Assembly: GCA_963700285.1 (NCBI GenBank)
Contig: CAVOXA010000010.1
Coordinates: 960,001 to 1,024,000 of the forward strand
From: an uncultured Chloroflexia bacterium
GTDB lineage: Bacteria > Chloroflexota > Anaerolineae > JAAYZQ01
DNA: 64,000 bases
Direction of reading: 5' to 3'
The notes under the pieces: model-generated
Seen by the model: only the letters and a program-made list of their open reading frames with translations
Databases searched by the model: none
What the model was told of the DNA's origin: nothing
Shown: in pieces, positions 61,345 through 64,000 of the stretch
Numbering within the stretch: the first letter of the stretch is position 1
How the letters are laid out: each line of letters starts with the position of its first letter
Translations under genes and position numbers: made by a program

Positions 61345-62199
61345 TCATCGGTTCTCGTCTACCTGAACAGCATCCTGGACGGCCTCAAAGTTGGTGATAA
61401 CCAACACAACTTCCAAGTGATCAAAGTCCACCGTCGCTTGGACAGCAGCCATCTGGTACAGATCGGAATCCTTGCGCTCCACCTCGGTGATCTGGCCGAT
61501 CAGGATCTGGCGCGGAAAATTCCCTCCCAGACCCGAGGTAAAGACTGTATCACCAACACTTAGGGTATCGCTCTGGAGAACCTTGTGCAGTTTCAGCGAT
61601 CCGTCTGCTTGGCCCTGGATCAACCCGCTGGCTCGTGTACTCTGAGTCAAGGCATTCACCAAGCTACTCTGATCGATAATCAACAACGCCCTGGACCAGC
61701 CATCGCCTACTTCGGAAATCCGCCCTACCAGACCCCGATCGGTGGCCACTGGCATATTCCGGGCAATGCCTTCCTCTCGCCCCACATTCAGGGTAATATA
61801 GCGTTGGAGGTTGCTGGGGTCCCGGCCAATCACCCGCCCTACCACGTGTGCTCCCTGCACATCGAAAGAGGGATTCGCGTGGGAAAAGTTCACCAGATCG
61901 CGCAGGAGGGCGGCTTCGCCTTCCAATTCTCGGTAACGCACGTTCTCTAGCAAGAGACGAGCATTTTCTGATTCCAGATCGCGATTGCGCTGCCGTAGAT
62001 CGCGCAAGTCACGGGCCGTCCGAGCCAGCTCGCCAAATCGCCCCATGACCATGCTCGTCCCCTCTTGAAGGGGCGTGGTAACTCTGGCCAGCACTCCTTC
62101 AACCGGTGCCCACAGGCCGGCGCGATGGAGCACAAAGCCGGTCAGCGCAAGCAGAATTAATCCGAGGGGGAGCAGGCCTTGGAAACGCTCGCGGCTCAT
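61345..62199 (-). CDS. mreC: Rod shape-determining protein MreC
   Basis: TM plus coiled coil, GLVGRI, GDTVFTSGLGG. Confidence 0.93.
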   Translation of the reverse strand: MSRERFQGLLPLGLILLALTGFVLHRAGLWAPVEGVLARVTTPLQEGTSMVMGRFGELARTARDLRDLRQRNRDLESENARLLLENVRYRELEGEAALLRDLVNFSHANPSFDVQGAHVVGRVIGRDPSNLQRYITLNVGREEGIARNMPVATDRGLVGRISEVGDGWSRALLIIDQSSLVNALTQSTRASGLIQGQADGSLKLHKVLQSDTLSVGDTVFTSGLGGNFPRQILIGQITEVERKDSDLYQMAAVQATVDFDHLEVVLVITNFEAVQDAVQVDENR

Positions 62200-62210
62200 C
62201 GCTGTGTGGG

Positions 62211-62278
62211 ATCGAGGCTTGAGGTTGGAGATCCTACATCGAACCACAAATCCTCAACTTCGAACTCCGAACATCGAA
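62211..62278. repeat. Heptamer array in the mreB-mreC intergenic region
   Basis: CATCGAA CCACAAA TCCTCAA CTTCGAA CTCCGAA CATCGAA (62237-62278), preceded by inverted-sense TCGAGG/TTGAGG/TTGGAG units. Confidence 0.65.
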
Positions 62279-62290
62279 GGTTGGACATGG

Positions 62291-63352
62291 CTAGTGGACG
62301 GTACTGCCCCGCTGCAGACTAGCCAATACCGTGTGCAATCGATCCAAATCCTCCAGGATTCTGCCAGCCCCACGCGCTACACATGTCATGGCATCGTCAG
62401 CCACATAGACTCGCATCTTGGTCTCTTCTGACAAACGTTGATCCAGACCCTGCAATAACGCTCCACCACCAGCCAAGGCAATCCCTTGCTCCATCAGATC
62501 GGCAATGAGTTCGGGCGGAGTCTCGTCTACTGCATCGCGCACAGTATCAACGATGATGCTTACCGAGTTGGCCAGGGCTTCGCGGATTTCGACACTGCTC
62601 ACCTCGATTGATTCTGGCAGGCCAGTGATCAGATTCCGCCCCTGAATAGGCATTGTCTGCTCCTGGGGCAGAGGGTAGGCCGAACCAATGGTAATCTTGA
62701 CCCTCTCGGCCATCCGCTCACCGATGAGCAGGTTGTACTTCTGACGGGCGTACTGGATGATGTCTTCATCCATTTCATCGCCAGCCACGCGAAGACTGCG
62801 ACTGACAACAATACCGCCCAAAGCTATCACAGCCACCTCAGTGGTACCTCCGCCAATATCAACAATCATGCTACCCAATGATTCAGTGATAGGCAATCCA
62901 GCGCCGATGGCGGCGGCCATTGGCTCTTCGATCAGATAAGCCTCGCGCGCGCCAGCCGAAAGGGTAGCATCATGGACGGCTCGCTTTTCTACCTCGGTCA
63001 CGCCTGAGGGAATGCCAACGACGACGCGGGGGCGCGCCACAGGCAACAGCGACCGGTCATGGACTTTTTTGATGAAATAATGCAACATCCGCTCAGTGAC
63101 GTCAAAGTCGCTGATCACCCCGTCACGCAGTGGGCGGATGGCAACAATGTTTGCAGGTGTTCGTCCCACCATCTCCTTGGCGTCAAGGCCAATCGCCAGA
63201 ACTTTTTTGGTGTTCTTTTCGATCGCCACGACTGAGGGCTCGTTGATGATGATCCCCTTGTTGCGCACATTGACCAGTGTGTTGGCCGTTCCCAGGTCTA
63301 TTCCGATGTCCTGGGAGAAAAGCCCCAGGATAGAATTCAAAGGACTAAACAC
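62291..63352 (-). CDS. mreB: Actin-like rod shape protein MreB
   Basis: IGIDLGTANT, EEPMAAAIG, DIGGGTTE, GGGALL; start approximate. Confidence 0.97.
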   Translation of the reverse strand: MFSPLNSILGLFSQDIGIDLGTANTLVNVRNKGIIINEPSVVAIEKNTKKVLAIGLDAKEMVGRTPANIVAIRPLRDGVISDFDVTERMLHYFIKKVHDRSLLPVARPRVVVGIPSGVTEVEKRAVHDATLSAGAREAYLIEEPMAAAIGAGLPITESLGSMIVDIGGGTTEVAVIALGGIVVSRSLRVAGDEMDEDIIQYARQKYNLLIGERMAERVKITIGSAYPLPQEQTMPIQGRNLITGLPESIEVSSVEIREALANSVSIIVDTVRDAVDETPPELIADLMEQGIALAGGGALLQGLDQRLSEETKMRVYVADDAMTCVARGAGRILEDLDRLHTVLASLQRGSTVH

Positions 63353-63426
63353 AAAAGACCCCTCTTCAGTGAGATACCGCCGGGACATACAGACCCATGG
63401 CTCAGACCGGCGGTGCGTTCCGGGTC

Positions 63427-63499
63427 ATTATACCACAGCATCAACAAATGGGAAAACGGCTTGCATCTATTTGCCACGCTTGCTCGAGCATGGTATAAT
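63427..63499. promoter_or_regulatory. Divergent promoters for mreB (-) and secG (+)
   Basis: Minus: TGgTATAAT at 63427-63435. Plus: TTGCCA(63471)-N17-TATAAT(63494) with TG. Confidence 0.75.
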
Positions 63500-63574
63500 T
63501 CCCTGATGTTACCGGGCAGCTCCGGAAGATGCCGCGGTGACAAGACTGCATCGGTAACAACTTGGAGGAATGCT

Positions 63575-63805
63575 GTGGACTCGTTCATACCTTATATTCA
63601 GCTCGTACAGATCATCATCTCAATCGCCCTGATTGTTGTTATCTTGGTTCAATCCAAGGGGGCAGGCGGTCTCGGTGGCATTTTTGGTGGTGATTCAACT
63701 GTCTACCGTACTCGCCGTGGCGTGGAAAAGACCCTGTTCAACGCAACCGTTGGTTTGGCGCTGGCCTTTTTCGTCATCTCTATCATTAGCGTTCTTGTTG
63801 TGTGA
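63575..63805 (+). CDS. secG: Preprotein translocase subunit SecG
   Basis: Two TMs flanking QSKG...GLGGIFGG...RRGVEKTL; GGAGG RBS before GTG. Confidence 0.92.
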   Translation: MDSFIPYIQLVQIIISIALIVVILVQSKGAGGLGGIFGGDSTVYRTRRGVEKTLFNATVGLALAFFVISIISVLVV

Positions 63806-63833
63806 TGATATCCTCCGTTTCACACCTGATCAC

Positions 63834-63873
63834 AAGGGTGTTCCATGGCACACACTGGCCAGGGAACACCTTT
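63834..63873 (+). terminator. Hairpin after secG
   Basis: AAGGGTGTTCC...GGAACACCTTT. Confidence 0.6.
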
Positions 63874-63893
63874 CGTGTCACAGGAGAGATCGC

Positions 63894-64000
63894 GTGACAC
63901 GTCACATCGTATGGCAGGCTGCACTGGCCTTCTTGGGCATTGTCCTCGTCTTTTTCATCCTCTTTCAGTTGGCCTCCAGCCAGACACCCGTGGAAACCGT
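63894..64000 (+). CDS. 5' fragment of a membrane-anchored or exported protein, truncated by the window end
   Basis: AGGAG RBS, GTG start, RHIVWQAALAFLGIVLVFFILF hydrophobic segment, open to the end. Confidence 0.55.
   Translation, partial: MTRHIVWQAALAFLGIVLVFFILFQLASSQTPVET

Overview
A GC-rich bacterial chromosomal window, most consistent with an anaerobic Chloroflexota (Anaerolineae-like) organism. That assignment is inferred from gene content (large Alu-type SRP RNA, class II HMG-CoA reductase, MesB-like methionine synthase, HdrABC), not from a marker gene. The window is mostly housekeeping: a RecA paralog, htrA, glpK, mvaA, rsmA, SRP RNA, udk, tRNA-Thr(CGT), pyrG, a TPR-lytic transglycosylase, tRNA-Gln(CTG), gltX, mreBCD-mrdA-minCDE-rodA and secG. 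It also carries a SAM-I riboswitch-controlled mtnA-mesB-adoK-ahcY-metK operon. The standout is a ~15 kb co-oriented cluster (35666-50530). It joins a two-subunit fumarate hydratase, two HdrBC pairs, complementary 'asymmetric' HdrA proteins (one split pair and one fused), MvhD, an FdhB/FlxC-like protein and an anchorless fumarate reductase-like pair, making it a candidate cytoplasmic Hdr-coupled, possibly electron-bifurcating, fumarate-reducing system. Other oddities are a CcsBA-like pair lacking heme-ligand histidines, an orphan triad of degenerate antiporter-like subunits, a RodA with ~135 extra membrane residues, and several short repeat arrays. No CRISPR array, transposase, integrase, prophage or rRNA was seen. 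All calls come from reading motifs by eye; no database searches were run.
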